Source of the DNA: Camelus ferus
Lineage: Eukaryota
Reading direction: 5' to 3'
Assembly: GCF_009834535.1 (NCBI RefSeq)
Contig: NC_045697.1
Coordinates: 15,936,001 to 16,000,000 of the forward strand
Length of the DNA stretch: 64,000 nt
The stretch's first letter is position 1; each line of letters opens with the position of its first letter. Of the stretch, positions 39,178 to 52,278 are shown one piece after another. The translations under genes and the position numbers were made by a program. The notes under the pieces are model-generated. The model searched no databases, had not been told where the DNA came from, and was given only the letters and a program-made list of their open reading frames with translations.

Positions 39178-40466
39178 TTGAAGTCTGGAAAGACAGTTTG
39201 GGATCCTTTATGTGGGACCACTGTAATTTTTTTACCTTAACTTCAAATTTACCATTTTTCTAATTTTCACGTGATGATTTCCTACTTTCACGCTTTTTGT
39301 TCATTTTATTTTGTCTGCTTGGAATGTCCTTTATTCTTCCTTTAAACCTCAGATTAGATGTCATCTTCCCAGAGAGCTTTCTCTCACGGAGTTAGGAAGA
39401 AGTGAGATATTTATATGTTAGGTAAATTTATTCTTTGGGTTTTGATTAAACAGTGCTCCAGGGATATGGAAATGAAAGACGGCCTCTGCTTTTAGGGGGC
39501 TTTCCATCCAGTGTGGCAGACAGGTGAGTAAACATATAACAGAGACATACATCTACACTAACATATTGAATCTCTCTCAGAGGTCGGTACAGCATTGGTG
39601 CTTCCAAATGTGTGCTAATATGGTTTGATATGACGTATGTGGGTGAAATTATATATAGTGAAATTCACATGGCAGTACTTGATCCCATGAACCCCGTCGG
39701 TTCCACTTTATGGATTCAAGGTCCACATTTCATTCCACGAGCACTAGGGTAATGATTTGCCTATTGCTTTGATCCCTGAAAGCCTCTGTGATTTCTTGTG
39801 GAGAGTGAATATTCTGATTCTTTCCTTTCTACATGAAATTCGACATTCCTTGAATTAATTTCTTTCAGAAGACATCCCATGAAGCTCCATTTGAATATTT
39901 TTTAAATGTACCTAGTTAATTCCAGGATTAGAGTCCCTCCCCCAGCTAAGAAAAGAAAAATGTTAAAGTTGAGATTATGGCTTACTATCTGTGTTTAGTG
40001 AAATTCGGCATACATTCATGAAAGGTTTAAATTGAAGTTTTGTTGAAACAAAAACCAAAATAGGAAACCGACAAAGGTAGACTTTTTTACTTTTCTTTTT
40101 TTAATTCTCCAACTTGTCTGCCTAGGAACAGGGCTCCCTGCCAGACTGAGACACTGTCAAACACACATACAATTCAGAGAGACTTACAGTCTAATTTCTT
40201 TAGGGCTTCCACCTGTGCTCAGTTAATGAACTGCAGAACTTGAAACCTGCTTTCCTTGAATCATTTTCTTTGTTGTTGCTTTTTTTTTTTTTTGTAACCT
40301 ACTCTTTGCCTGACAAATGGAATGCCTAGGCAGTGTCCATTGTGTGTGGCCACTACCCCCAATGACCCCAGTTGCACCAGTTTAACTCTTCCTTTTCTCA
40401 TAACAGTGCTGGCTTACTCTCTGGTCCCTCTTTTCCTCAGTTCTTCCAACTTGAAAACCCTCACTG

Positions 40467-40485
40467 GGGCCACCAGATGGCTCCA
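40467..40485 (+). promoter_or_regulatory. Candidate CTCF site
   Basis: gggCCACCAGATGGCtcca matches the CTCF core CC(A/G)(C/G)(C/T)AG(A/G)(G/T)GGC. Confidence 0.45.
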
Positions 40486-40724
40486 GCTTAATTTTCAACC
40501 TTAACATCACACTTACTCCATTTTATCCTATCTGCTGATGGTCCTATCCCCTGGATTCTTGATTTTGCCCTCTTGCTAAGCTATCTTCTGCTACTCAAAA
40601 CTGGGCATCACTCCCTTGTTTAGCAAGGTGCCGGATAGTCTAAACCTGCATATTTCCTTTTTCGTGTCTCTTGGAGTGATATGTTGAAGTGCTGATCTCT
40701 GGCACCTGGCACCCATGTTTAACC

Positions 40725-41254
40725 ACGGGATCTTTGCAGAAGTAATTGAGTTAAAATGAGGTCATGCTTGGTTAAGGGGAGCCCTAACTGAGTATGACTG
40801 TGTCCTTAAAAGAAGAGAAAATAGAAACACAGGGAGGACACCATGTGAAGACAGAGGCACACAGACACAGAGGAGAGAGTGCCATGTGAAGATGGAGGCA
40901 AAGATTGGAGTGATGTTGCTACAAACCATAGAACACTGGGAGTTATCAGATGTTTAAAGAGGCAAGGAACGACTCTTCCCTAGAGTTTTTAGAGAGAACA
41001 TGGTCCTGCCAACACCTTGGGGTTTTTTGGGGCGTGGTAATTAAGATTTATTTATTTTTTAATGGAGGTACTGGAGATTGAACCCAGGACCTCATGCGTG
41101 TTAAGTACACACTCTACCACTGAGCTATACCCTACCCTCCACACCCCAATACTGTGCTTTTGGACTGCTAGCTTCTAGAACTGTGAGAGAATTAATTTCT
41201 CTTAAGCCACTCAGTTTGTGTTAATTTGTTGCTGCAGTCGTAGGAAACTAATAT
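40725..41254 (+). mobile_element. MLT1B/C-like LTR interrupted by a SINE
   Basis: ggatctttgcagaagtaattgagttaaaatgaggtcat...gccatgtgaagatggaggca...ctagaactgtgagaga...taggaaactaata. Confidence 0.9.
41023..41140 (-). mobile_element. vic-1-like tRNA-derived SINE
   Basis: Reverse strand agggtatagctcagtggtagagtgtgtacttaacacgcatgaggtcctgggttcaatctccagtacctcc. Confidence 0.88.
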
Positions 41255-41739
41255 AGAAACTCAAACAAGATGTGGCCCAGTTGGCCCTGTGGTTGGGCAC
41301 TGAACATCAAGAAAAGCAGAAACCATCTGTTCCAGCTCTCTGTTCGGAAATATTTTCTTATATTTTAATACCACATTAGAGTTCACAGAACAGTTTCCAC
41401 ATATATCATCTTCACAATTCCAGGGTTTTGTACAACCCCTTAATCTTACAGGTGAGGTAATCGCTGAGGCTGGGTGTTGAGTGTCTTGATCAAAGTAACT
41501 TAGCTGGGAGATGGTGAGGTCCAGCTTCTGCTTGGTTCTTTTGACTACAAGCCCAGAGCATGTTCCACCACCCTATCATGCCTGCCTGGCGTCGTGAAAA
41601 GAGGTCCCTTGAATAGACCTCACTGCGTCCCTCTCCATTGTCTACGTGTATGCTGCTGGACAGGCGAGCTCAGGACTGAAATCAGAACCTGAGCTTAAGT
41701 AGTTGGTGAAAGTAAGCAAGTACCAGGCTGGGTGACATT

Positions 41740-42425
41740 GCTGATGTAGAATGTGGCTCGAATGCATCTGCCTTCTCCATCTCCACTGCTGCCACCTCAT
41801 CCAAGAGCCTGTCCTCTCTCTGCAGCCTCCTCTTGGTCTGCTCTTGCTCGTGCCCCCAACAGTTGTTCTCAAAGCCAGAGTGAGCATTCAAACATGAAAA
41901 ATCATGTGACACTGGCTCCTGGTAGAGCCTTCCACTGTGTACAAAAGAATACATACCTTGAATTACAGGATCCTGCCATCCTCTGATTTCATCTCATGTC
42001 TCTCTTGTCCCTTGTTTGCTGCGTTTCAGCCTCACTGGTCTACTGTTTTTCCCCTGGAATCCATCAAGGCCATACCCACGACCGGCCTTCCCCTTAGCTC
42101 TTTCTTATGCCAGAGCATTCACGCTGCAATTCAGATAATTCCTCTTTCGAGACATCTTTCCTAAATATCCTATCTAAACTGGTAATCCCTACCCTAGTCT
42201 TTCTCTACCCTTCTACTTTGTTTTCTTTTCCTCATAGAAATTGTTACAATTTCAAACGATCTTGTTTCCTAATTTATTTTCTTGCTTTATTGACTATCTC
42301 CCTTACAAGTCTCTAAGGTTCATGATTGCCAAACTGCATCTTCCTTTTTCTGTGCTGTATGTCGGGAACTTAAAGGAGGGCCTGATAGATAGTAAATGCT
42401 CAGTAAAGTTTTGCTGAATGAACAG
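41740..42425 (+). mobile_element. L2 3' region
   Basis: ccttctccatctccactgctgccacc...aaatcatgtgac...tagtaaatgctcagtaaagttttgctgaatgaa. Confidence 0.8.
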
Positions 42426-42449
42426 CAAATGTAATAAGCAATAGTAGCC

Positions 42450-42640
42450 AAGTTTTACTGAGCTTACCACGCATCAGATACTGATGCGGTCCTTACATGA
42501 ACGATGTCATTCACAGCAACCCAGTGAGTTTAGAAAGGATTCTTCACCCCTGTTAGAGATGAGACCCTGATGCAGAGATAAAAGGACATGCTTAAGGTCA
42601 CACAGCTGGTGAATGACAAGCTGATTCTCTTGTACCAACA
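42450..42640 (-). mobile_element. MIR SINE
   Basis: tcacagcaacccagtgag...tgcttaaggtcacacagctggtgaatgaca. Confidence 0.7.
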
Positions 42641-45600
42641 CTCCCTTCTCAGACTGTGCACAAAACTTGAGTGGGCTCTCTCAAGGCAGTCAAGGACCAT
42701 TTCAGAAAGCAAATGTTAGGCATTAAGGCAATGAGTTTTTCTTTTTTATGAGGGTTGACCAGCTCTGTACTCAAATCCAGGGCCACAGTTTAGTACATGG
42801 AGTCAGGAAAATAGCCCTATTCTTGGCAGTGCCACTGTTTTTAGGGCTTCATTCTGACATCATTTACTTTGATGTTTTATGGATGGGGGTTGGGGGAACA
42901 CGTTCCAGACAAATCAGTGGATCCCCTGACAGTTGAGAATTCTTAGAAACAAAGAGGGTCATGGTAGAGTGTCATTCAACGCTTCCCCTCCTCTTCATAT
43001 GCCTCCCATTAATTTCCACTCCTGCGGTAGCAGAGCTGGCTGGGACACAGGCTCCATTTAGCAAAACGATGAAACACAAACGTTTATTGAGACTGTGCTT
43101 CGAATCAACAGGGTTTTCCTCGGATTGAGTTGCCGCCAATTATCCTCCATGCAATTATGGCGATCCCAGAAGCAAGCAGATGGGGAAGAGTTTTGTTTTC
43201 AAATGGAGGAGGAACCAATATGTAGGAAGAAAAGGCAGCTTGTTCATTTGAACAGACTCCAGGTGGCTGGTCGCCAAAAGGCGCAGAGCTGGGGAGCCAG
43301 GTCTGGCCCGGGATCAGTCCGGCTGCCCGCAGACCAGAGGAACCAGCGGGCTGGCGGGCTCTGCCTCTCCACTCATCATGCTTGTCTGCCGTCGGCCTGC
43401 TTGGCCGGGAGAGTGGAGGCCAAGGGAGAGGCAGCCCACAGAGGTCCTCGGAGATCAGGCTCCCGAACTCGATGCCATCGGAACATCAAGTTCTGCTGTT
43501 GTGTTGTCATTCAACAGCCACATGTTGGTGTGTTTTATTAGAGAAGAAAATTCAAGAAAAGACACGCAAAAGCCCAAGCCATATGGCAGGCCTCCTGGGA
43601 AAGCTTTGATCATTTGGAGTTTTCACAAAACCTAAAATGATACTTCCCCTTTCTTAAGGATCAGAGGGTCCTCATCTTCTTGCTGGACTCTGCCTCTTGA
43701 GACTACCATTCAAAAGAGAACCAAGGATGCTGTCGACTGGTTACTGTAATTATTTCTGTCTGGGTTCTTATTTACAATTATATAGGGCACCTAGGGCGAC
43801 GTCAAAAATAGTCAGTGTTGTCAGTTCCAGGATAATCAGTGCTTAGAGGGGATTTGTTCCTTTGACAAGGAGGAAGCATTCTCAAATGGAAACGAATCCA
43901 AGGCACATAGTATGGAGTGTGGACATGACTTACTCAATAAATTAACTGAGGTGAAAAAGGTACAATTATATGAGGGAAATTTCCATGCAAAAATCAGCTC
44001 AACCTGTAAGCCAGATAAATGTGGTTAGAATTTTAGTTATCGCCCACATAACAAATAAGGACTTGTGATCCTGTTTCAAAAGTAGCCATTTTTCCTAGAT
44101 TAAGGAGGTGACCACATTTTTATATGACCTCAGTTCTAGGCCCTGTTGGGTCACATTTAGCTGTGTAGCTTTGGTCAAATCCTTTATCCTGTCTGGGACT
44201 TGATTTCTCCCTCTAGATAAAGGTAGCACTCCCACATTCTGGGGAGAGTTTTACTCATGGACCCTGAAAGCATGCGTTTTTGGTTAGAAGGAAAAAATAC
44301 CCTGATAAATGTTGGGATTTTTAAGGGGCGGGTCCACTCCGTAAGCACCTAAATAAGATTCTCAGAGAGCATATTGATGGCTTCGCAAATGATTGCAATT
44401 GCACATCCTTTACCCGACTAAATATTGCGGAGATATACAGGCACATGCAAAGCTGAGTCTAGCCATACAACCACATGTACGAGATGGATGGTGTCTATTT
44501 TGATGGTAAGGGGAAAAAAAGCCCAGGAAACCTCTTCGAGGCAGGAAGCAATTTTGGAAGCGCTGCAAAAGACAATGATATTGTTCTTGGTTTAATAGGT
44601 GATCTACCCCATGAAATAAAGCTGCAGGGCCACGTTTGTCTTGGTTAATAATGTCAGCGGAATGAGGAGGTTTAGCTGTAATAACAGTAATAACTGTGTC
44701 GATGTAACTGCCGGGGCTGAATTTCCATCTGCAGCCTCATAATATATGACCTTTGTTATGCCTCTACCTGTTGATTTTTTAAAGCAAAATTGGCTTGTCT
44801 GTTCTGCTCAGGGAACAGAGGCTGAAATAGTCCATTTTCCCTGGATAGATCAAGGTCTTGTGGGTGGTGATTTAATCTCACAGGTGTCTTTTAGGACTTG
44901 ATTAAAATTGCAGAGAAAGAGAGTCAGACATTAACAAATACATTGTTACTCAGATACTGAATCAGGTGGGTTTAAAGCTGGACATTTTTATTCACTCTTG
45001 TCTTTCATCACCTTCCTTTGTTTTTTTTCGTAAAACAAATACTGACACCTGCGTTTTCTTCCTATGACGTTTTCTCTGTTCTCTCCCGATAGAGTTAACT
45101 ATTCCCTACTCTTGGAATATGTTTTCTTATTATGCCTGTCGTACCGTTTTGTAATGTCTTTGTTAATACGTCTTGTCTCCATCCCTGGGCTGTGGGTTCT
45201 CTGGAGGTGGCGACTGGGTCGTGCCCATCTCTGGATCTCTGTGGCTCCACCTGGAGGCTGGCTGAAGTGCAATACATTTTAGAAGTGCAATGGAATATTC
45301 TGCTGAATGCCTTTTTTTCCCCCAAAATGTTTTCACACAATATGAACTCATTTGGGGCTCTTACCCACCTAAAGCAGTGGTTGGGAGAGGTAACCGGGTA
45401 GAAGCGCTGAGATTAAGTGAGGTGTGTGGACTCGAAATTGGTTGAGTCACTCAAGATTTTCTAACTAGTTAGTAGTTAGAAGTCAGAGCTCTTGTTTTCT
45501 GATGACTAGCCTTGAGCTCAGGCAGGCCCACGGAGGGTGGGTAACCAAGGGATATGCAGGGTAACAGACACCTTTGTCATTATGATTTCTTCGCTACCAC

Positions 45601-46067
45601 ACCCACACTAATATGCCATTTTATTTATTTTCCTTTCTATCCCATCTTCCTTTCCCTCTACTAGCTTTGTTATTACTATTTTGAAAAATCTCCTTCCATG
45701 TTGTTCCCCTCACTACCACTTTCCTCCACCCTTTTTTATCTCTGTCCCCCCCCCCCCCATCAGAGCCCTTAAGGCTGGGACACATGTTCAGCTTCAACAA
45801 TGTGACACGCTCCCTGGCAGGCCTCATCGCGCAGATCTGACCTTCTCAAACTTGAGGTCTTGGGATGGGGAGCTCGAGAAGCCCTGGGGTAGGCACGTTG
45901 TAATAAAACTGTGAATGACAGTATACCTGATGCCACAAAGAGGGTATGATTACAGAAGAGGATGGACTGTGTGTGCAACAACTTCAGAGGACACTGAGCT
46001 CCGTAGAGGGGTCTTGAGGAGATCTGTGGAGGAGGAGAAACTTCGATTGGGCCTGGAAGGGTCCAGC

Positions 46068-46319
46068 TGAGCTCTGGAGTCAGTCAGCTTGGGTTTCAGT
46101 CTTGCCTCCAGCACTGACCGGCTGAGTGAGCTTGGGCAAAGTAATTATTCCTTCCAAGCCTTAGTTTCTCTACCTGTAAGAGCAGGATGGTGACAATAAT
46201 CAGCATACTATTTGATACTGTAAGGATTCAAAAAGACAGTGAGGGGAGAGGGTATTGCTCAGTGGTAGAGTGCATGCTTAGCATGCACGAGGTCCTGGGT
46301 TCAATCCCCAGTACCCCCA

Positions 46320-46363
<44 letters not shown>

Positions 46364-46480
46364 ATTAATAATAAATAAATAAACAGACAGACAAACCTAA
46401 TTACCCCCCCCCCCCAAAAAAAGACAATGAAAGTAAAGGGCATAGATCAGAGCTGGGCTTATGGCCAGGGTTCTGTTCAG
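46068..46480 (+). mobile_element. MIR SINE split by a vic-1-like SINE
   Basis: gctctggagtcag...cttgggcaaagt...gccttagtttctctacctgtaa. Confidence 0.75.
46243..46417 (+). mobile_element. vic-1-like tRNA-Ala(AGC)-derived SINE with expanded (TAAA)n
   Basis: A box tgctcagtgg, B box ggttcaatcc, aaacctaattacccc tail; TSD aaaaagacagtga (46230-46242) / aaaaagacaatga (46418-46430). Confidence 0.93.
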
Positions 46481-47188
46481 GTTAACTCTCACTCTTAAGA
46501 AGTTGATGATACATTATTTTTGTGGCATGCATGGGCACAGGGCCTTTACAGAGAATAACACAAAATTTACCTGAGCCTCTGAATTTCTGTGATAAAACAT
46601 TAACCCTCGCTGAAACTTTGAACCTGTGAAGAGAGGCAGCTTCGAGCAATCTCCAGGCCTGGACGTTCCTCTGACTTGATGGGCCCTGGCCCCATGGGAT
46701 GGTTTAGAAGAGGGACTGGAATGGGCAGATCACAGCCAAAGACACAGCAGAGGAGACGGCAGAGCTCCTAGGTCCTAAATGGGGAGCTACCGAGGCTTTC
46801 AGGGAGAGGGCGGTCACGCTGCGTAGTCCAACAGGCACACCCACACAGCTGTGTGCACTGGCCCCTTTTACAACAAGACCGTGGGCAGCTTTCACGTGTG
46901 CTCAGCGGTCCCCTCCTTGCTTCCTTTTCGAGTATCTTGTACGCAGAACCTCGAACACCCAGCTCTCGCTAGCTGCTCTGACGGGTGCCTCTTCCTCACT
47001 ATTGTGCTCACCCATCTGTGCTTGTCCGTCTAGTTCAGAACACTGTCTGTCCATCGCATCCTCCACCTCTGTCCCTGCCTCCAGCTTTACTTCTATTCCA
47101 AGAGGAGTAAGTAAATCTAATAAATTAATTTGTGATATGTAACCCATGAGGGATACTGCATGCATCATGCTACGTCTTCAAGGAAATA

Positions 47189-47833
47189 GAGTTGATTCCT
47201 GTTACTTGCGGTAGTTACCATCCAGAAAGTTGCTGTGAACACTGAGTTGGAGGACACTGAACCATTGCTCCCAGGGGAAATACAGAGTTAGGTTCTTGTG
47301 AGTCTCGGGTCACATTTTTGTCAACCATTCGGTACATAACCTTGTTTTATGTGTGTTTCTGTTCACAGACACCTCATTTAATATATATTGTTGATTCATT
47401 AACATTGAACTCAAAGCCAGCAGCACTATAACTCATGCATGAATGAAGCTTACCCAACGCATGTATTTGCTCACACCATAGCCTTCTTGCGCTTAGGAGC
47501 GCAAGACAGAACTTTAGCACTACACTCAGGGGGGCCATTTTAAACAGCACAATCACCAACAACAAAAAAAGAAAAATGTGAAAAGTACAGCACTAACTAA
47601 ACAGATGCTGGAAAGGACGCTTGTTTACGGGACGGGAGCTAACGCAGAAGGCAGAGCATCGCCTTGTTGGATGGCAGCTGGGAGCGCGAATGTAGGGCAA
47701 CTCAAAATTCAAATTTCTTGTCGCCCTGCCCATGTCTGCAAACGGCCACAAAGGCTCTGCAAGCACTGATTTTGGCCAATAAACGTCAGGCAAATTCACA
47801 AATATGGAGTTGGCAAATAATGAGGATCGGATC
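47189..47833 (-). mobile_element. MER82-like TcMar-Tigger non-autonomous DNA transposon (~645 bp)
   Basis: ta|gagttgattcctgttacttgcgg left TIR, caaataatgaggatc right TIR; reverse strand cccagctg...aacaaggcgatgctctgccttct as in MER82. Confidence 0.8.
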
Positions 47834-48619
47834 CACATGCAGAATTCAGGCTACAGAAGAGCGTCTCTTCTTGGATGTGGGGCCTGAATACCCTCTGCAG
47901 GTTCAATGACATCTAACTGTCAAAGGAATACTGGTCTGTAGTGTCCAAATTGTGTGCACGTCTGCTTTACAGTGTGGTTAACAGCCAGTTGTGCTGGCCT
48001 CCCCCTGGTTAGTTCAGGCAACTCAACCTCTTTGAATACAGCTTATTTATGAAATATAAACTGTTGGGCACTCATACTAGTATTTACATTTAGCCCTCAG
48101 AAAGTTTTTGGGAAGGCTGAAGACTCTATGTAAAGGGGCTACCAGACAATCATATCTGGATGCATTGTAAGAACTGGAAACGCTTGTCAATTATATTTTG
48201 CCTCTATCTTTGTTTTTTATTTTTTTTCCTTCAATACCTAGCTAAACCTGATCTGTCCTTTAAAGCTCAACTGAAGTTTCTCCTCCATGATTTCATTCCA
48301 GAGTCCTTCTGGAGGGCTCAGCGTCCACTGAAATCATAGCACTGGTTATTCATACCCCTCGTGAATCATCTGCCACCTTATGGAATCAGCCGTATCATCA
48401 TTCACATTTTTGTCTATTTTTGCCTTATTTTCTCTGTTACATGTGCATAAAACACATTTCAATATCTAGAATGTGCAACACTCCATGCAATGCTCTTTGG
48501 GGTCTCCAACCTCAAAGAACTCAAGACCTTGGAATCACTTCAGATTATTTTCACATTTGCTTAGTGCTTTCTAATGGCCTCCCTACACATCTTTGCGTCA
48601 TCTGTTTTTCCACATTTAT

Positions 48620-48752
48620 GTCTTTTTACAAGGTGGGCAGGGCCATGTTTGATATCTCCGTTTTATAGATGGGCAGGCTGATCTCAGAGAAGTGAAATAA
48701 ATTCTAGCAACCCAAGGGCAGTGTTGATGATGATGATGATGGTGGTGATGAT
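48620..48752 (-). mobile_element. MIR core followed by a (TGA/TGG)n repeat
   Basis: ccgttttatagatgggcaggctga...agagaagtgaaataa; tgatgatgatgatgatggtggtgatga. Confidence 0.65.
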
Positions 48753-51700
48753 AACACATCACCTGCAGGGAGACACTTGTTGGTGCCCTGATGTTTGTAT
48801 AAATTCTTTTAATCAGTGAACTCCAATTTCCCTGGGAAAAGCTTTGAAAAGTTCTTCTCTGTTCCAAGTTAGCCACCAGCTGATGTGTGGGTTCTTTATC
48901 ATTACCACTCTGATATGACAGTGAACACTCCAGCAGGGGGATCTGCCAAAGATTCCAGCCAAAATCTGACAGTAACTACTTGAAATTCCAATTCTGATGT
49001 TGATTTTAGTCATTAAAACAACTACAACATCATGGACCATTGCACAGAAAGAAAGAAGGAGGCTGGAGAAAGAGAGCCAAGAGCAGATAACACAGCAGGA
49101 AACAGTTAAGACGTAAACTATTTGTATCCCATGCCTCTGGTCATCCTTTTTTGAGTTCATACTGAGCTGGGTTTCCTCTGTCTCTGCATTCAGAGCTTTG
49201 TACTTTTCTAATATCAGACATTTAAACATTTGTTCCAATTTAGGTCAGACTCACTCAAGCAGAACCCCGAGTTAATGTGTAAATTTCTCCCTAGGGCATC
49301 CCTTATTTTGGAATGAAAGGCTTAGTCCCATCTTAAAAGAATCTCAGGCATTAGTGAGCAGGCCTGGGGGTGGGGGTTAGCTAGGAGGAATTTCCAAGTA
49401 TTATTCCAAGAAAATATCACGCATATCAATAGACTATACTCTGCTTTGTCCTTTTTGTGTCTCAATGTTTGTAATATTTTCTATTATTCAACCATCTGTC
49501 TCTTAGTCTGTCATTTGTAAAGGAGCTGAATGGGAAAAGAGTGTCCTCCTGGGTCTCTTTTAGTCCTGACATTCTTAAGGTTCCAGGATTCCTCTTTCTT
49601 ATGTGCTCATTATTCTTTTCAAACTCTTAACACCTTTTTGTTCATGTTATCATTATTTTAAAGTTATTACACAGAAGGATTAAAAAAAGAAAATTCTCTC
49701 TCCTTGCCCCTTCACTCCTTCCCCTGTCCACTCCTCGTAACCATTGTTGACCAATGTCTTGAACTATCAATCTTGAACAATAGCTATTGACACCCACTCC
49801 GAACTCCTATGGAAATGTAAGACATTCGTTCATTATCCATGCCTTTTACATTTCTTTCCAGTTTTTAATTAGCAAGCTATTAATCTTCAGTTTGTCTCTT
49901 GGTTGTCTTTGCACATTTAAATAATGTGCTTCAACTTCTATTTCTTGGTCCAGCCACTCTAGTGAGACAGGGGTCCTTGTTTCTGTTTTAGATGCTGTTG
50001 GAGGAAAATTGTCCGTGCTGGAGTCATCTTGGTAACAAACCAAGCTTGGTTTTTGCACTGTAAGAGCAGTGTATCCAGGAAAACTACCTGTCACTAGGTT
50101 GGAGATAAAAACTTTGGGCCCAAGACACATTGGGAACCAATATCATAGAAGATGTAGTAAAGTTAAAACTGATCAACTCAGGGTAAAAAAAAAAAAAAAA
50201 ACCAACATGATAAACAGTAATTGGGAAAATCGCTCACTTAAAAAAGAAACACTATCCAACAATGCGCCGAATTAGCACCTCTATTGATTCTTGGAAGTAT
50301 TTTCTCCCATTTAACCTACTCAGATCAATTAGCTTGGCATCTGCCTCCAACTTCATGTATCAATACAACTGTTTTCTCCCCAGCCTAACTGCTACTTAGG
50401 AGATAATGGGAGGGGTGGGCCATTTTACAAGACAATAACACGGCTCCTGGAGAAATAAATCTAGAGGCTGACGGAATCAGATTTATTTCCGAAGAAAGTG
50501 GTACATCCCTCCCATGGTGCCTAATACACTGGTGGTTAAACAATTAAGTTTATTTTTGGATACAAAGTTAATTACTTTGAAAAGTCAGTGAGACTACCAT
50601 TGACAAACACTACCCTTAACACCCTCGGAAATAACAAGGCAGCCGCTCAGAACTGCTAAATTGGCAGCATTTGACATTTGTTATCACAGGAATTACGGTA
50701 TTCCCGTGAAGTTAACTGATCTTTCTCATCTTAATTGAACCTTAGCAGGGCAGGCTTTAGACGTTACCTGGAGGTGGAGCCTGAGAACCCCACTATTTTC
50801 CTTCTTAGGCCTTGTGAATATTCCCCAAATATCTGGATTAGCTGTCAATCACCTTTCTCTCAATTCTTAAATCCCTTGATTTTAAATTCTATTTAGGATC
50901 TAGGCTGGCCCTGAATGTCAAAGAACACTATCACAATGGCCAGCGAGTGAACTGAAACTCGATTTGCTTTCTGCAAAATTTAGCTTCCTGTTAGGAGCCA
51001 GGGGTCACAAACAAGAGGGAAGTCATTGAACATGTGTGCTATCCAGTGTAAGATTTCTATGGCCATTAAAAATAATGTCTGAAAATAATACTGACTGATT
51101 AGCAAAAATGCTGCAATATGTAGTTAGGTGTGAAGAGGCAAAACGCCAAACTACCCTGTTTCTTGAAAACTACTGCATATGGATCACCTAAAAAAAAAAA
51201 AAAAAAGAAATATATTATGTTTATCTCATTTATCTCCAGAAAGTGGATTTATGAGTGGTTTTCAATCTTTCTTTACATTTTCCTGCATTTTTTCAAACAT
51301 TTATCCCACATACATATCTTTATTATCTGAAGAAATAGACTGTTTCTTAAATAATTAAAGGGACACTGAAGGCTTAGAAACTGAAGGGCTCCAAGTCTTC
51401 AGCCCACACCCTTTTCTACCTACTATTTTGCAAACTACTTCAGGTCAGGAGCTGGATGGCTCTACATTTCTCTTCTCTTTGCCATTAAAAAACAAACAAA
51501 CAAACTGATATCTAGTTTTCTTTGTCACAGAGGCACATGATGAAGGGTGATAAAATGATGTCTATTGCAATGTGCATCACCTCGGAGGACAAAGTTTTAT
51601 ATAGTCTTTCAATATTGTGTTTCCTAAGTGATGGTGGGTCAGTGTGAGGTCCCCACGAGGAGGCAGAGGGCATTTCCACAAGAGATCACAGACGAGAGTT

Positions 51701-51829
51701 TTGTGAAGGGGTTGGTTATTTACAAAGATGGCGGAAGGCTTCAGGGAGACCCACAAGGACAGTGGACTGGGGAGAGTGCTGGTTATAGGAGAGCCTGGAT
51801 GAAAGTAGTCACTGCCGGTCTTTGTTGTG

Positions 51830-52187
51830 ATAGGCAGACAATGGAACACTACGGTGCAGTAAACGGTAATGAACTATTGATAGACTCAACAACATAGATA
51901 AATCTCAGAATAATTATATTGAACAAAAGAGTTCAGACTCAATGCTATTTCTATTAAATTCTAATCAAGGTGGAACTAATCTGTACTGACGGAAATCAGA
52001 TCCTTGTTGGCCAGGGCCTGGGAGGGCAGGTGCTGCCTGCAAACGGGAGAGTGCATAACATTCTGTGGTGTTGCAGAGTTTTCTTTCTTGATTGTGATGG
52101 TGATTACATAGGTGGGCACTTTTGTGAAAACTAACTGAGCAGTACAAGGGAAGGGGCTCTTATGATATGTAAATAAGGTTGATAAAA
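51830..52187 (+). mobile_element. Old L1M 3' end
   Basis: caatggaacactacggtgcagtaaacggtaatgaacta...gataaatctcagaataattatattgaacaaaagaag-like. Confidence 0.75.
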
Positions 52188-52278
52188 AGAGAGAGAGAGA
52201 GAAAAAGAGAGACAGACAGAGAAAAAGGAGAGAGAGAAAGGAAGGAAGGAAGGAAGAAAGAAAGGAAGGAAGGAGGAA
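52185..52278. repeat. (GA)n/(GGAA)n simple repeat
   Basis: Read directly from the sequence. Confidence 0.9.

Noticed and set aside
39580..39780. Unique segment suspected to be an ancient repeat or ncRNA
   Set aside because: Could not assign a family or a convincing structure from sequence alone
45459..45481. Hairpin ttctaacta-gttag-tagttagaa (also acatgtaga/tctacatgt at 2616-2645)
   Set aside because: 9-bp AT-rich stems are expected by chance; no RNA-gene context
46247..46319. Apparent tRNA-Ala(AGC) gene
   Set aside because: Followed by the SINE-specific AT-rich body, flanked by TSDs and present as three diverged copies, so it is a SINE head
48723..48752. Poly-His stretch in the minus-strand ORF 48616-48876
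   Set aside because: Translation of a (TGA/TGG)n microsatellite next to a MIR
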